Positions 9,185 through 18,121 of a DNA stretch of 32,000 nt are shown here, in pieces. Position 1 is the first letter of the stretch. Every line of letters begins with the position of its first letter. Source of the stretch: Gammaproteobacteria bacterium (GTDB lineage Bacteria; Pseudomonadota; Gammaproteobacteria; GRL18). The position numbers and the translations under genes were made by a program. The DNA lies in assembly GCA_963681975.1 (NCBI GenBank), contig OY820613.1, forward strand, positions 1,510,434 to 1,542,433, given 5' to 3'. Below the pieces are notes generated by a model. The model was given only the letters and a program-made list of their open reading frames with translations, had not been told where the DNA came from and searched no databases.

Positions 9185-9200
9185 GTAAAATAAGGAGTAA

Positions 9201-9701
9201 ATGTTTATGCAAAAGAAAATCATGGTTTTGGTAACCGCCCTGCTGCCTGGCGGGCTTACTCAGTTATTTTCACCGGTGGCGGCCGATGAAGTGCAGGTGG
9301 TGGGTGTGACTGACGGGGATACCGTTAAGGTGCTGACGAAAAAGAAACAAGTGGAAAAAGTACGCCTGGCCGAAATTGACACGCCGGAGAAAAAACAGCC
9401 CTGGGGAAAAAAGGCGAAACAGGCCTTGTCCGACATGGTGTTTAAAAAAATTGTCCGTATTGAACGGCTGAATAAAGACCGGTATGGCCGCACCATCGGT
9501 CGGCTCTATATTGACGGGAAAAGTATTAACAGAGCCATGGTGCGCCAGGGCCATGCCTGGGTATACCGCCGGTACCTGAAAGACCGCTCTTTACTGGACG
9601 ATGAGGCCTATGCCAGACAAAACCGGTTGGAACTGTGGCAACTGCCGCAATCACAGAGAATAGCCCCCTGGGAATGGCGGAAACGGAACAGAAAACGGTA
9701 A
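9201..9701 (+). CDS. nuc: Secreted thermonuclease (staphylococcal nuclease/SNase family)
   Basis: A signal peptide is followed by VVGVTDGDTVKVL..VRLAEIDTPEKKQPWGKKAKQAL...DRYGRTIGRLY..GHAWVYRRY, which are the SNase catalytic motifs. AAGGAG lies at 9193-9198. Confidence 0.9.
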   Translation: MFMQKKIMVLVTALLPGGLTQLFSPVAADEVQVVGVTDGDTVKVLTKKKQVEKVRLAEIDTPEKKQPWGKKAKQALSDMVFKKIVRIERLNKDRYGRTIGRLYIDGKSINRAMVRQGHAWVYRRYLKDRSLLDDEAYARQNRLELWQLPQSQRIAPWEWRKRNRKR

Positions 9702-9725
9702 TTAATATCTATACAGGATTTGTTG

Positions 9726-9911
9726 ATGATGAGTAACCCCAAAAAATCCCCGCATTGTGGAGCCGGTCTGGTTGATCTGCCTTCTCTGGACAGACGGGAA
9801 TGCTTTGTCTGTCATCGTGCATACGAATGGAAACCGGACAAAGGCCAGAAGTCGGTTTTAATCGAAAACCGGATTGGTGGCCAGGAGGTGATTAAAAATG
9901 TCAGAAAATAA
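9726..9911 (+). CDS. Small zinc-ribbon-like protein
   Basis: The sequence HCGAG...ECFVCH gives one His/Cys pair and one CxxC pair. It overlaps the downstream gene by 14 nt. The start codon is uncertain: TTG at 9720 or ATG at 9726/9729. Confidence 0.5.
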   Translation: MMSNPKKSPHCGAGLVDLPSLDRRECFVCHRAYEWKPDKGQKSVLIENRIGGQEVIKNVRK

Positions 9912-10809
9912 AGCCATAGATGACTCGGTAAAATTATTTGAACGGCTGCAGCACGATCTCAGTGAGTTGGCAACCTTGATCCGGACAGAGAGCAAACTGG
10001 ATGCGGTAGTGTTCAAACTGCCCTTCCCTTACCGTGATCAGTCTATACCTCAAACCGTGGTTCCCATGCCTTTGCTGGATAAACCGGCCAGAGAAGAAGC
10101 GATAAAGGCTATTCAGGCCATACGTCTGGAACCGGAGCAAAAAGGTCATGCCAGTGTCCGTGCGCCCGGGGTCTTACATGCCGGGACTGAAACCATTAAA
10201 CTGGCCGAAAAAATCAACCAGATCAAAGAAGACTTTGAACAATGTTTTAAACAGATCGCCGATAAACAGTCTGAACGCCATAAACTGTTTGCCATGAAGG
10301 TGAAATATTTTGCCTATCACCAGACAACCCGAAAACTGGTGATTTATAATGAACCGGTTAATAAAATTTATTTTAACTGGATTGTTAATGCAGACGTGAA
10401 TAATAAAAAGGTGGTCGGTGATCTGTGCCGACAAATCGAAAAAGACATGAAGTATCCGCCCAAAGATGTTTCGAGCGAGGCTTGGCAGGAACAACTGCAG
10501 GATGAATTAAAAGTACTGGCCCGGTTTTCTGACAAGGATATTCTGATCAAAAAGAAAAAACTAACGCCTTACCCGGTTTGCTCAGTGTACCCTGTCCGTC
10601 TGGCCGATCCAGACGGACAGGCAAAACGCAATTATGAAAAAAAAATGGCCAGTTTGCCAGTGTTGTGTGCTCAGGACTATAATCCGGATCCTATCCCAAT
10701 AAAACCTTTGCCGGCTATGGACACCCGTATTCGCCGGGCAGCGCGTTCTGATCGCCAGGTGGCCGCTCATCCCTTATTGCCCAGACTGAATATTTATAAT
10801 TATGTGTGA
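9898..10809 (+). CDS. tus: Tus-family protein (DNA replication terminus site-binding protein homolog)
   Basis: At 303 aa it is close to the 309 aa of E. coli Tus. Collinear matches from memory of P16525 are: VFKLP vs VFSLP; ASVRAPGVL vs AAVRLPGVL; INQIKEDFE vs INKLKTTFE; EAWQEQLQDE vs EEWQRKLERE; LIKKKKLTPYPVCSVY vs LKIKRPVKVQPIARVW; and the C-terminal PLLPRLNIY vs LIIPRLHLY. Confidence 0.7.
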   Translation: MSENKAIDDSVKLFERLQHDLSELATLIRTESKLDAVVFKLPFPYRDQSIPQTVVPMPLLDKPAREEAIKAIQAIRLEPEQKGHASVRAPGVLHAGTETIKLAEKINQIKEDFEQCFKQIADKQSERHKLFAMKVKYFAYHQTTRKLVIYNEPVNKIYFNWIVNADVNNKKVVGDLCRQIEKDMKYPPKDVSSEAWQEQLQDELKVLARFSDKDILIKKKKLTPYPVCSVYPVRLADPDGQAKRNYEKKMASLPVLCAQDYNPDPIPIKPLPAMDTRIRRAARSDRQVAAHPLLPRLNIYNYV

Positions 10810-10929
10810 GAAAACATGATCCTCAAGCATTTCAGACAACCACATAACGATACGCATTCTTCGTTTAATATCTAAGTGGTGCCAACGCAATTAATTAATT
10901 TCATTATTATTGAGGAAATTAAGGACAAT

Positions 10930-11160
10930 CCGGGCATGTCGATCGCCAATGACGCAGAATTTTTCTGTGTTTAGATCGCCAAGCGACTGGAGCTGGCCCG
11001 ACAACAGCACAAGTGCGGCCTGGAATTGTCTTTACATATTGGCAAAACCGGAGTGTTTCGGTACCAGAAATAAGAACAAGAATACCGGATCGATTTCAGC
11101 AATGAACGCAGTTATTATCAGGATGTTCAACTGATCCCCGGAAGATTGATGAAAATTAAA
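10930..11160 (+). pseudogene. XRE-type HTH regulator remnant with in-frame stops
   Basis: The reading ..FCV*IAKRLELARQQHKCGLELSLHIGKTGVFRYQK*EQEYRIDFSNE.. has the spacing of an XRE helix-turn-helix. It is interrupted by TAG (about 10972) and TAA (about 11070). This is a weak call. Confidence 0.3.
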
Positions 11161-11267
11161 TAGATCTGCGAAAAGTTATTGAGCGAAAGCGCACCTGTTC
11201 CAGGAAGTGTTTGCATTTTTTTATACTGATTTAAAATGGCGGCAGGAAGTAACAAAGGAACCACTGG

Positions 11268-12335
11268 ATGCAAAAAAGACCAGCTTATAACATACACGAT
11301 CTGCAAAGCGAAACACTGATACGTCTGCTGAAAAAAGTAAAAATTATCAAAATAAAAGACAAATCCAAACAGATTTTTCTTAAAGCCATGACCTATATTG
11401 CCAATGCCAGTGAGGACTCTTATGTGTTGCTCACACAAGGACTGAGCGACAATGCCGTGGTCGAAGAGTTTCGCTGGATGTTCTATAGCGAACGGATCAT
11501 TTTGTTCCCGCAAAATGCACAACTGCTGGATAACATTCTTAAATGCCAGTACAACCTGGAACGGATCGCTGTGGATATTCCCTTCAGCATTTTTCAACTG
11601 GCTTTTCCCAAAGGATACAGGCTGGCTGAAGAGGAGGCTCTGGGATGTATGGTGTCCATCAGATCCATGGAAGATAATCTGATATATTATAACAAGATGA
11701 TGACCGGCATGGGATTTAATGCCAAAAAGGACATTATTGACCCATCCGGCCGGATTGCAGATCGCAAAGAGCGTGTGGTGTGTATCACCTATTTTTCCGC
11801 ATCAGACAGAAACAAACCGAAGCACCAAAGACAGCTCTATCGCACATCTTTTCCACTTAACATGCTCGAAGACATTATCCAGTGCCGGAATTATCAGGAT
11901 TATCATCAGGTATTGGGGGACTGCCAAAGTACGCATGATGCAGAAAAATCATTAAGCGAAGCAGAATATGCTTTTCAGTTTGAGCTGGTCAGACTGGTGT
12001 TCAGTCTGCTGGTGTATATCCAGGCCACCGGACAGGAAACAATAAAAGAGGCGCTGCCCAGTCAGTTTCGTCGGTTTATTCAGTCGCAGATGGCTTCAGG
12101 TGTTGCCAAACCGGTACAACTGAATACCCCGGAAAAAACCGGGTCCGGCATAAAAACAGACAATGCCAGCAGAAAAGCGCACTATCGACGTTGGACGATT
12201 CGGGTTTTGCGCGATGAAAAATACTATCGTGGTGAATGGGAAGACAAGCCTCGGGGAAGTCACCTGGCTTTTGTGCATGACTGCTGGGTTGGGGAAAAAA
12301 TATCACCAAAAACTATTGTAGGAAAAAAATCATGA
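11268..12335 (+). CDS. Hypothetical protein, 355 aa, no recognised domain
   Basis: This is a long uninterrupted ORF with ordinary composition. Its stop overlaps the next start (ATGA). Confidence 0.7.
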   Translation: MQKRPAYNIHDLQSETLIRLLKKVKIIKIKDKSKQIFLKAMTYIANASEDSYVLLTQGLSDNAVVEEFRWMFYSERIILFPQNAQLLDNILKCQYNLERIAVDIPFSIFQLAFPKGYRLAEEEALGCMVSIRSMEDNLIYYNKMMTGMGFNAKKDIIDPSGRIADRKERVVCITYFSASDRNKPKHQRQLYRTSFPLNMLEDIIQCRNYQDYHQVLGDCQSTHDAEKSLSEAEYAFQFELVRLVFSLLVYIQATGQETIKEALPSQFRRFIQSQMASGVAKPVQLNTPEKTGSGIKTDNASRKAHYRRWTIRVLRDEKYYRGEWEDKPRGSHLAFVHDCWVGEKISPKTIVGKKS

Positions 12336-12478
12336 CAGAAAACAATACTGTTTTTAACGATCAGGAGTTTCATGCCTGGCTACCGTTAATGCCGATCCAT
12401 GTGATCCTTTCTCTGGCCAGACGGATGGTTGATGATGTCGACTTCAATCGAAGAGAAATTCCGTCCCCATGGTGAGCA
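12332..12478 (+). pseudogene. Short coupled ORF truncated by the IS256 fragment
   Basis: MTENNTVFNDQEFHAWLPLMPIHVILSLARRMVDDV.. runs into IS256-derived sequence from 12427 and terminates there. Confidence 0.35.
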
Positions 12479-12651
12479 AATACCTGGAAAAGGCAGGGTG
12501 TCAAGGAGGAGTCCTGAAAGGAAGCTCCTTGATAGCCTGACTTTGGAAGATAGGCTGTTCACTATGGAGGTGGTATTTCAGGTTTGTTCATTTAACCTCT
12601 GCTGACTTAAACCACCGCAATGAGCGTTTACACAGTTATTTTTACACCCTC
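12427..12651 (-). mobile_element. IS256-family left end (IRL plus leader, 225 bp), inverted copy of 5910-6134
   Basis: The reverse complement of 12427-12651 aligns with 5910-6134 with about 8 mismatches by manual alignment. No transposase sequence is present. Confidence 0.85.
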
Positions 12652-12764
12652 ATTTAAATAAGAGCGGATACACTGTTTAATTTACACTGTCGTCAATAAT
12701 GGTGAATTTGAACTGGATATGCATCAACGCTTAACGATATAAGTTGCTACTACAACTCACAATA

Positions 12765-13973
12765 TTATTCTTGTCTCCCTTTGACCAACTCAATAAATTC
12801 TGAGACTGACATAAGCCATTTTTTCTGGTTAGTTTTGTAGGTTGTATGTACAGGTTCAGGGATCACCAGCTGTAAATTAAATGACCGCATTTCCTCTGTT
12901 TGATTTTCACTTATCCCTGGCTGAAGTGTTAATAGATGCTTGTGATCAATTTTTTCCGCTTCTGAAAGCACCTGTCTCCATCTATCTTTACAGCTTGATT
13001 TGGCCCCAAGCATTGTTAAGTTTGCAGTTGGAAAGGCAGGATTATGATACGCTCCAATATCAGGAAAAATAAAATCTGGTTTCTTCCTGTTTTCTGTTTG
13101 TTTCCCTCTGGAATAAGTAATTCCATGCTGCTGAAATAATTCCTCCAGATGATTTTCAAGAGCGTGTCCTACTCTGGATTTTCTTCTGTTTTGAACACTC
13201 AATGATAATTTAATGAAGCTCTCTACATCATCAAAGCCATTTTTTATTTTTTCTTCAACAATATGACTTTCAAGTGTTCTAAATAAATCTTCTTCCCGAT
13301 TCATCCACTCCAGAAGTATTAAATCCGGATCTTCCATAATTGAAAGGTCAGTGATTGTATCCCTTGCAAATAAAGAAAATTCCTTAGTTGTTGGAAATTT
13401 ATTTCCAAACCTATCCAGTAAGGGATCAAGCCAATTATCTGTAGTAGCAATTTCAATTCCAAGTTCTTCCAAAATAAATCGCTCAGAAAAACCTACTTCT
13501 GGACTGTCACCATTAAAAATGCAACTGGTAAAGCTTTGACTGGCAAGATCATCTAAACCCAAAAGCCACCTGATCTGTTGCTCTACAGTAGTATCAGGAT
13601 TAGTAATAATGATCATGACTGAACCATCACTACGTTTACCAATGATCATAAAATCTGATTCTGATATTCTGTCAGTAATGCTATTGTTCTGGTAATAAAG
13701 CCTGTATTCAGGTGCTCGATTAGGATTATTAATTCTGGAATCATACCAGGTTACATAATCCTCAACGGATTCTGACTCATCTTCATTATCTCCCAGAAAG
13801 ATATAAGTAGCGGAGAAGCGTATTTTTTCAGAACCCGGATCACCCATTACAGGCATAAATTCTTTTGGTATACCAAACTCATGTTGTCTGGAGCGTGACG
13901 GCTCAGCATCCACAGCACTTAAATATTTTGCTGTTACGCCTGTAAAGTAATCTGATAATATTTCCCGACTCAT
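12765..13973 (-). CDS. Type IIE restriction endonuclease, EcoRII family
   Basis: The C-terminal half (..SVQNRRKSRVGHALENHLEELF..NRKKPDFIFP..GAKSSCKDRWRQVLSEAEKI..HLLTLQ) is collinear with the EcoRII catalytic domain. The N-terminus (AKYLSAVDA..QHEFGIP) resembles the EcoRII effector domain. The start overlaps the vsr stop (ATGA). Confidence 0.9.
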   Translation of the reverse strand: MSREILSDYFTGVTAKYLSAVDAEPSRSRQHEFGIPKEFMPVMGDPGSEKIRFSATYIFLGDNEDESESVEDYVTWYDSRINNPNRAPEYRLYYQNNSITDRISESDFMIIGKRSDGSVMIIITNPDTTVEQQIRWLLGLDDLASQSFTSCIFNGDSPEVGFSERFILEELGIEIATTDNWLDPLLDRFGNKFPTTKEFSLFARDTITDLSIMEDPDLILLEWMNREEDLFRTLESHIVEEKIKNGFDDVESFIKLSLSVQNRRKSRVGHALENHLEELFQQHGITYSRGKQTENRKKPDFIFPDIGAYHNPAFPTANLTMLGAKSSCKDRWRQVLSEAEKIDHKHLLTLQPGISENQTEEMRSFNLQLVIPEPVHTTYKTNQKKWLMSVSEFIELVKGRQE

Positions 13974-14431
13974 TTATTTTCTTTTCCGCTAATTTCTTTA
14001 ATATCTGAACCCGATTTAAGCCAGCCAGTCATTTGTTTTATCAGCTCATCAAAGGGTAATTTTTTTTTACCTTTTAGAGCACACTCCCAGATAATCATAA
14101 CACGCCAACCCATTTCCTGAAGTTTCAGCAAATTAATACGATCATTATTCTTGTTCTTTCCAATTTTTTCTTTCCAGAATTCTGTTCGTGTAGAAGGCCA
14201 CTTAAAAAGATAACAATGATGTTCATGCCAAAAGCATCCATTTACCATGATAATGGCTTTATATTTTGGCAAAATAATATCAGGTTTACCAGGTAATTTT
14301 TTATCGTGAAGACGGTATCGAAACCCAGCAGCGTGAAGAGAACTACGGATCATCATTTCAGGTTTGGTATTTTTTCCACGAATAGCAGACATATTCCTGC
14401 TTCTGGTTTTTTTGTCATGAACATCAGTCAA
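13970..14431 (-). CDS. vsr: Very short patch repair endonuclease
   Basis: (M)TDVHDKKTRSRNMSAIRGKNTKPE...GKPDIILPKYKAIIMVNGCFWHEHHCYLFKWPSTRTEFWKEKIGKNKNNDR..GWRVMIIWECAL is near-collinear with E. coli Vsr. The start codon is TTG. Confidence 0.93.
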   Translation of the reverse strand: MTDVHDKKTRSRNMSAIRGKNTKPEMMIRSSLHAAGFRYRLHDKKLPGKPDIILPKYKAIIMVNGCFWHEHHCYLFKWPSTRTEFWKEKIGKNKNNDRINLLKLQEMGWRVMIIWECALKGKKKLPFDELIKQMTGWLKSGSDIKEISGKENK

Positions 14432-14451
14432 ATATGGTATACCTCTGAAGA

Positions 14452-15702
14452 TCAGACAGCCATCATTACCTGATCCTGCTCTTCTTCCTGCTGTTGCTTA
14501 AGAGCCATAAAATGAGGTTTCATAATTCGAGCAATTTCTGTTACAACAGGCACGACAACCGAGTTACCAAATTGTTTATAGGCCTGAGTATCTGATACAG
14601 GGATAATAAATGAATCATCATACCCCATCAGTCTGGCACATTCCCTTGGGGTCAATCTTCTTGGTCGCTTTCTGGCACCTCTGTCTATAAGAATTTCAGA
14701 TCCATCTTTATAGTACCGTGCTGATAATGTCCTTGCTGTATTATCAGGCCCTACTTTACCAAAACCAAAACCATTACCTTTCTTTTTATGTTTTGCTGCA
14801 TAGTCTCTCAGGTATTTCCATAATTTTACTGATAATACGTATTTATCATTAACAACCGCATTGTCACCAAGAGTATAATCTTTTTCTGGCTTTTCAGTTC
14901 CGTTTTCAGAGTGAAGAATATCTCTCATGGTTTTACTGTCTGGTCCTGGATGATTAAAATCATCCCATGAAAAGCCTGTTTCCTGAGCAAAACCTACTAT
15001 GTAAATACGTTCCCGATGCTGTGGAACAAAACCTTTAGCGTCAATCACTAAAGGAAATATGTGGTAACCCAGTTCTTCTACAAGTGTTCTTTTAATAACT
15101 TCAAAAGTTTTTCCTTTATCATGGCTACAGAGATTTTTTACATTTTCAAGAAGGAAAGCGACAGGCCTTTTAGCATTAATAATTCGAGCCACATCAAAAA
15201 ATAAAGTCCCTTGTGTATCACAGGCAAATCCATGAGCACGACCTAATGAATTCTTTTTAGAAACTCCTGCTATAGAAAATGGCTGACAGGGAAAACCTGC
15301 TAGTAACAAATCATGATCAGGAATATCATTTTCATCAACCTGAGTAATGTCTCCGACTATTGGATGGTCATCAGGAAAATTTTCCCTGTAGGTTTCGGCA
15401 CTAAATTTATTCCATTCACTGGTAAATACACACTTTCCATTATGAGCTTCAAATCCCTTTCTTATACCTCCGATCCCGGCAAATAAATCAACAAAAGTAA
15501 AATCAGTATCTTCGGTTTCTGTATCACGTTTAAGGATATCATTCAGTGCATGTTCGATAGCCACTGTTTTTTTAGGGAACTCACCATTTTCCCAACGTTT
15601 TACAGTTTTAGAGCTTCGCCCCAGTTCTTTTGCAATATAATCTCTACCAAAAATATTAATAGCATTTTCAAGTTTTGAGTTAATTGAGAGGGATTCCAGC
15701 AT
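14452..15702 (-). CDS. dcm: DNA (cytosine-5)-methyltransferase with an N-terminal HTH
   Basis: The methyltransferase motifs are present: FVDLFAGIGG (I), GFPCQPFS (IV), LLENVKNL (VI), QHRERIYIVG (VIII), TPRECARLMGY and GNSVVVPV (X). The N-terminal KELGRSSKTVKRWENG is an HTH. Confidence 0.93.
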   Translation of the reverse strand: MLESLSINSKLENAINIFGRDYIAKELGRSSKTVKRWENGEFPKKTVAIEHALNDILKRDTETEDTDFTFVDLFAGIGGIRKGFEAHNGKCVFTSEWNKFSAETYRENFPDDHPIVGDITQVDENDIPDHDLLLAGFPCQPFSIAGVSKKNSLGRAHGFACDTQGTLFFDVARIINAKRPVAFLLENVKNLCSHDKGKTFEVIKRTLVEELGYHIFPLVIDAKGFVPQHRERIYIVGFAQETGFSWDDFNHPGPDSKTMRDILHSENGTEKPEKDYTLGDNAVVNDKYVLSVKLWKYLRDYAAKHKKKGNGFGFGKVGPDNTARTLSARYYKDGSEILIDRGARKRPRRLTPRECARLMGYDDSFIIPVSDTQAYKQFGNSVVVPVVTEIARIMKPHFMALKQQQEEEQDQVMMAV

Positions 15703-15783
15703 TACTTCTCCTTAGATATAAAAGGGAATGTTTTTGGACATTATGACCAACACCATTCCCTTTGTAAATAAATATGATAAATA

Positions 15784-17282
15784 GTTCAACCTGAATAATA
15801 CCGTTTTAAGCCTGACATCAAGCCAGGTTTAAAGCAGCTGATTGCCCCGGTTTGATAAAAGACCCCATCAAACCGGAAATAATTTTGAGCCACAAAAGCC
15901 GGAGCTTATTGAGGAGCTTTCTTAAGTTATGTCCAGCGGCTACCATAACCACATTAATGGCATCACCGACTGCACCTTTGAGGTAGCAGCGGTCTAAACG
16001 GCCATCATTTTTCATATGACCAATTTCAGGCTCAATCGCACTGCGCCGTTTTAATGCCTTTTTAATACTTCGGGTAACGCCTCGCTTCTGACCTGAGATA
16101 AAAACTTTAGTGTCTTTTACTTCATGTCCATGATAACCCCGGTCAACAAAGCATTGTTCCGGTTGTACGGCTGTAAACTGTTTTATCTGTTCCAGTTGTG
16201 GCAGTAGAGTGTGTCCATCATAAGGATTGCCCGGACAGCTTTGAGCACCAATAACAAAGCCTTCCTTGTTAGTTACCGCGATACTGGTTTTAACTCCAAA
16301 TTCATAAGGCTTATAAGCTTTGCCTTTACTGATACACTCGACTTCCGGTGCATGTAAACTGTAAAGCTTGTTCTTACTGTGCTGCTCCTGCTCAATTAGT
16401 TTCTGAGCCTGTTTTAGAGCTACTTCAAACAGAGACTGAATATCAACAGAATAGTTGGGCAGTTGTCGTTCAATATCCCGTTTAACACGACCTAAACGGG
16501 ATTTCAGTTTATTGTTCATTTTCTTCATGCGTTTAAACTGTTTTGCATGTGCATAACGACTGGCCATTAGTACATATTGCGGCCCAACCCGATTATAGTT
16601 CTGGCGCAGTTTAATACCGTGCTCTTTGGACAGTTTAACCAGGTTTTCTCTGGCTTTGTTCAGGAGCTTTGAATCGGTTGGAAAAGCGATGTTCTTTTCC
16701 TGTACGGTAGTATCTACCGTGACTTTCTTTAAACTGCCAGGCTTTATGGTTTTACTCTTTAGTCCGGCTTTAATGGTTTCAATCAGTAATTTTTCACTGC
16801 CTGACTTACCTGGCCGGTTACGCCATTTAGTCATGGTCGTAGGGTGTATAGGCATTTTATGCTGAAAGTATTCTTCTCCACAGAAATATTGCCAGTACGG
16901 ATTTTCTGTCCAGCCTTTTACTACCTGTTCATCCGATAAATCATGCAGGTGTTTCAGGTAATGCAATCCTGCAATCAATCGAGTGCGTATGGCAGGAGCA
17001 CCTTTAGTGGATACAAACAGAGCACCCCATTCTTTATCAGGACTTTCCCGGTCTATGTGTTTTGATAACTTAATCAACTCATGGTTTATGTCCAGCATGT
17101 TTTCAAGGCGCATCCTGAACAGGTCTTCCTGAGGTATTTTTGGCTATTTCTCTGGCTTCATTTGGGTCTGGAAATTTGCAAGGTAATAAGGCTTATTTTA
17201 CCAAAAACCTGCAAATTTAACACCCATAATCAAGCAATATTTCTTTATAAATCAATGTGCTATGATTTATTCAGGTCGAACT
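15784..17282 (-). mobile_element. IS5-family element, copy A (1499 bp)
   Basis: The ends are gttcaacctgaataa and ttattcaggtcgaac. TAAATA lies on both flanks (15778-15783 and 17283-17288). Confidence 0.9.
15818..17161 (-). pseudogene. IS5-family transposase, copy A, with TAG at codon 6
   Basis: The full-length frame starts at 17161 (MKPEK*PKIPQ). Its sixth codon is TAG (17144-17146), where other copies have CAG. A 431-aa ORF from an internal Met remains open. Confidence 0.8.
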
Positions 17283-17688
17283 AAATAATTTCATTTTTTA
17301 ATAGTCTCATTATTCACAATCTCAAAAGTTATTTCTAAACCCGTTCCATTTTTACAGGATAAATATCCCTGAAGTCATTTTCGCAATAAGAAAAAATGGT
17401 TATTTCAATACTATAGAGCAATATTGGCTGAATATCACTTTATGTAAGAAAATCCCTTTCTGTTATTAGACTTTAGTCTATTTTTTAAAAAGTTATTCAA
17501 TTTTGCACTATGCTCTTCATTTTTTAAAAAATTTTATGTGCAAAATATCTCAAGACAGAACAGGAACAGCATAAAAAGCATAAGTGATTGATTTAATTAA
17601 CAAATAAGTTTTAAGAAAAATTGTTCATAATGTAATCAAAATGTCATAAAAGTAATAACAACAAGCCTCCTGCAGGTTTACCCAATGT

Positions 17689-17723
17689 TTATTCACATAG
17701 TTATCCACAGTTTCTGTGGATAA
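17689..17723. promoter_or_regulatory. Cluster of three DnaA-box matches (or abutted IS3-type termini)
   Basis: TTATTCACA lies at 17689-17697, TTATCCACA at 17701-17709 and TGTGGATAA at 17715-17723. The last two form a perfect 10-bp hairpin, ttatccacag-ttt-ctgtggataa. Confidence 0.5.
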
Positions 17724-17917
17724 GGAGCTAAGTCACTGATTATAGATTCTGCCCGGCTTTATTTTGCTAAATAAACAAACTTAAAACACATTTTATACAA
17801 CTCAGGCTAATTTATTCGATAAAATACACTTAGAACATTGATACTTTTTTCGGGATCGGGCACGATTTAGTATTAGGTAAATAATATCTAAAAAACATTA
17901 TTATTAAGGAACCAGGA

Positions 17918-18121
17918 ATGAAATCAAAATTTATCATTACTTCAGCAATTGTTGCATTATTCATATCTGGTCGAACAGCAGCTGGAAGTTCTGGAAATTA
18001 ACAAGGATGAACGCTGGGTTATGCTTAAAGACCGCTCTGGATTCACCAAAAAAGTAGAGGTAGGTGAGGGTGCCAGAAATTTTGATCAGCTTAAAGTCGG
18101 CGATTTAATTAATGTTAATTA
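17918..18121 (+). pseudogene. Periplasmic protein remnant, frameshifted and ending at the IS5 copy B junction
   Basis: The signal peptide MKSKFIITSAIVALFISG.. stops after 27 codons. A second frame gives LEVLEINKDERWVMLKDRSGFTKKVEVGEGARNFDQLKVGDLINVN. Confidence 0.35.

Noticed and set aside
5902-12659. Target-site duplication for the IS256-bounded segment acting as a composite transposon
   Set aside because: The outer 8-bp flanks (ttttttga and atttaaat) do not match, so there is no evidence that the whole unit transposed into this site.
16626-16865. 79-aa antisense ORF conserved in all four IS5 copies (also at 18964, 20123 and 27722)
   Set aside because: The conservation only reflects the near-identity of the IS copies. 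The ORF lies entirely antisense to the transposase, and the sequence looks like a shadow ORF.
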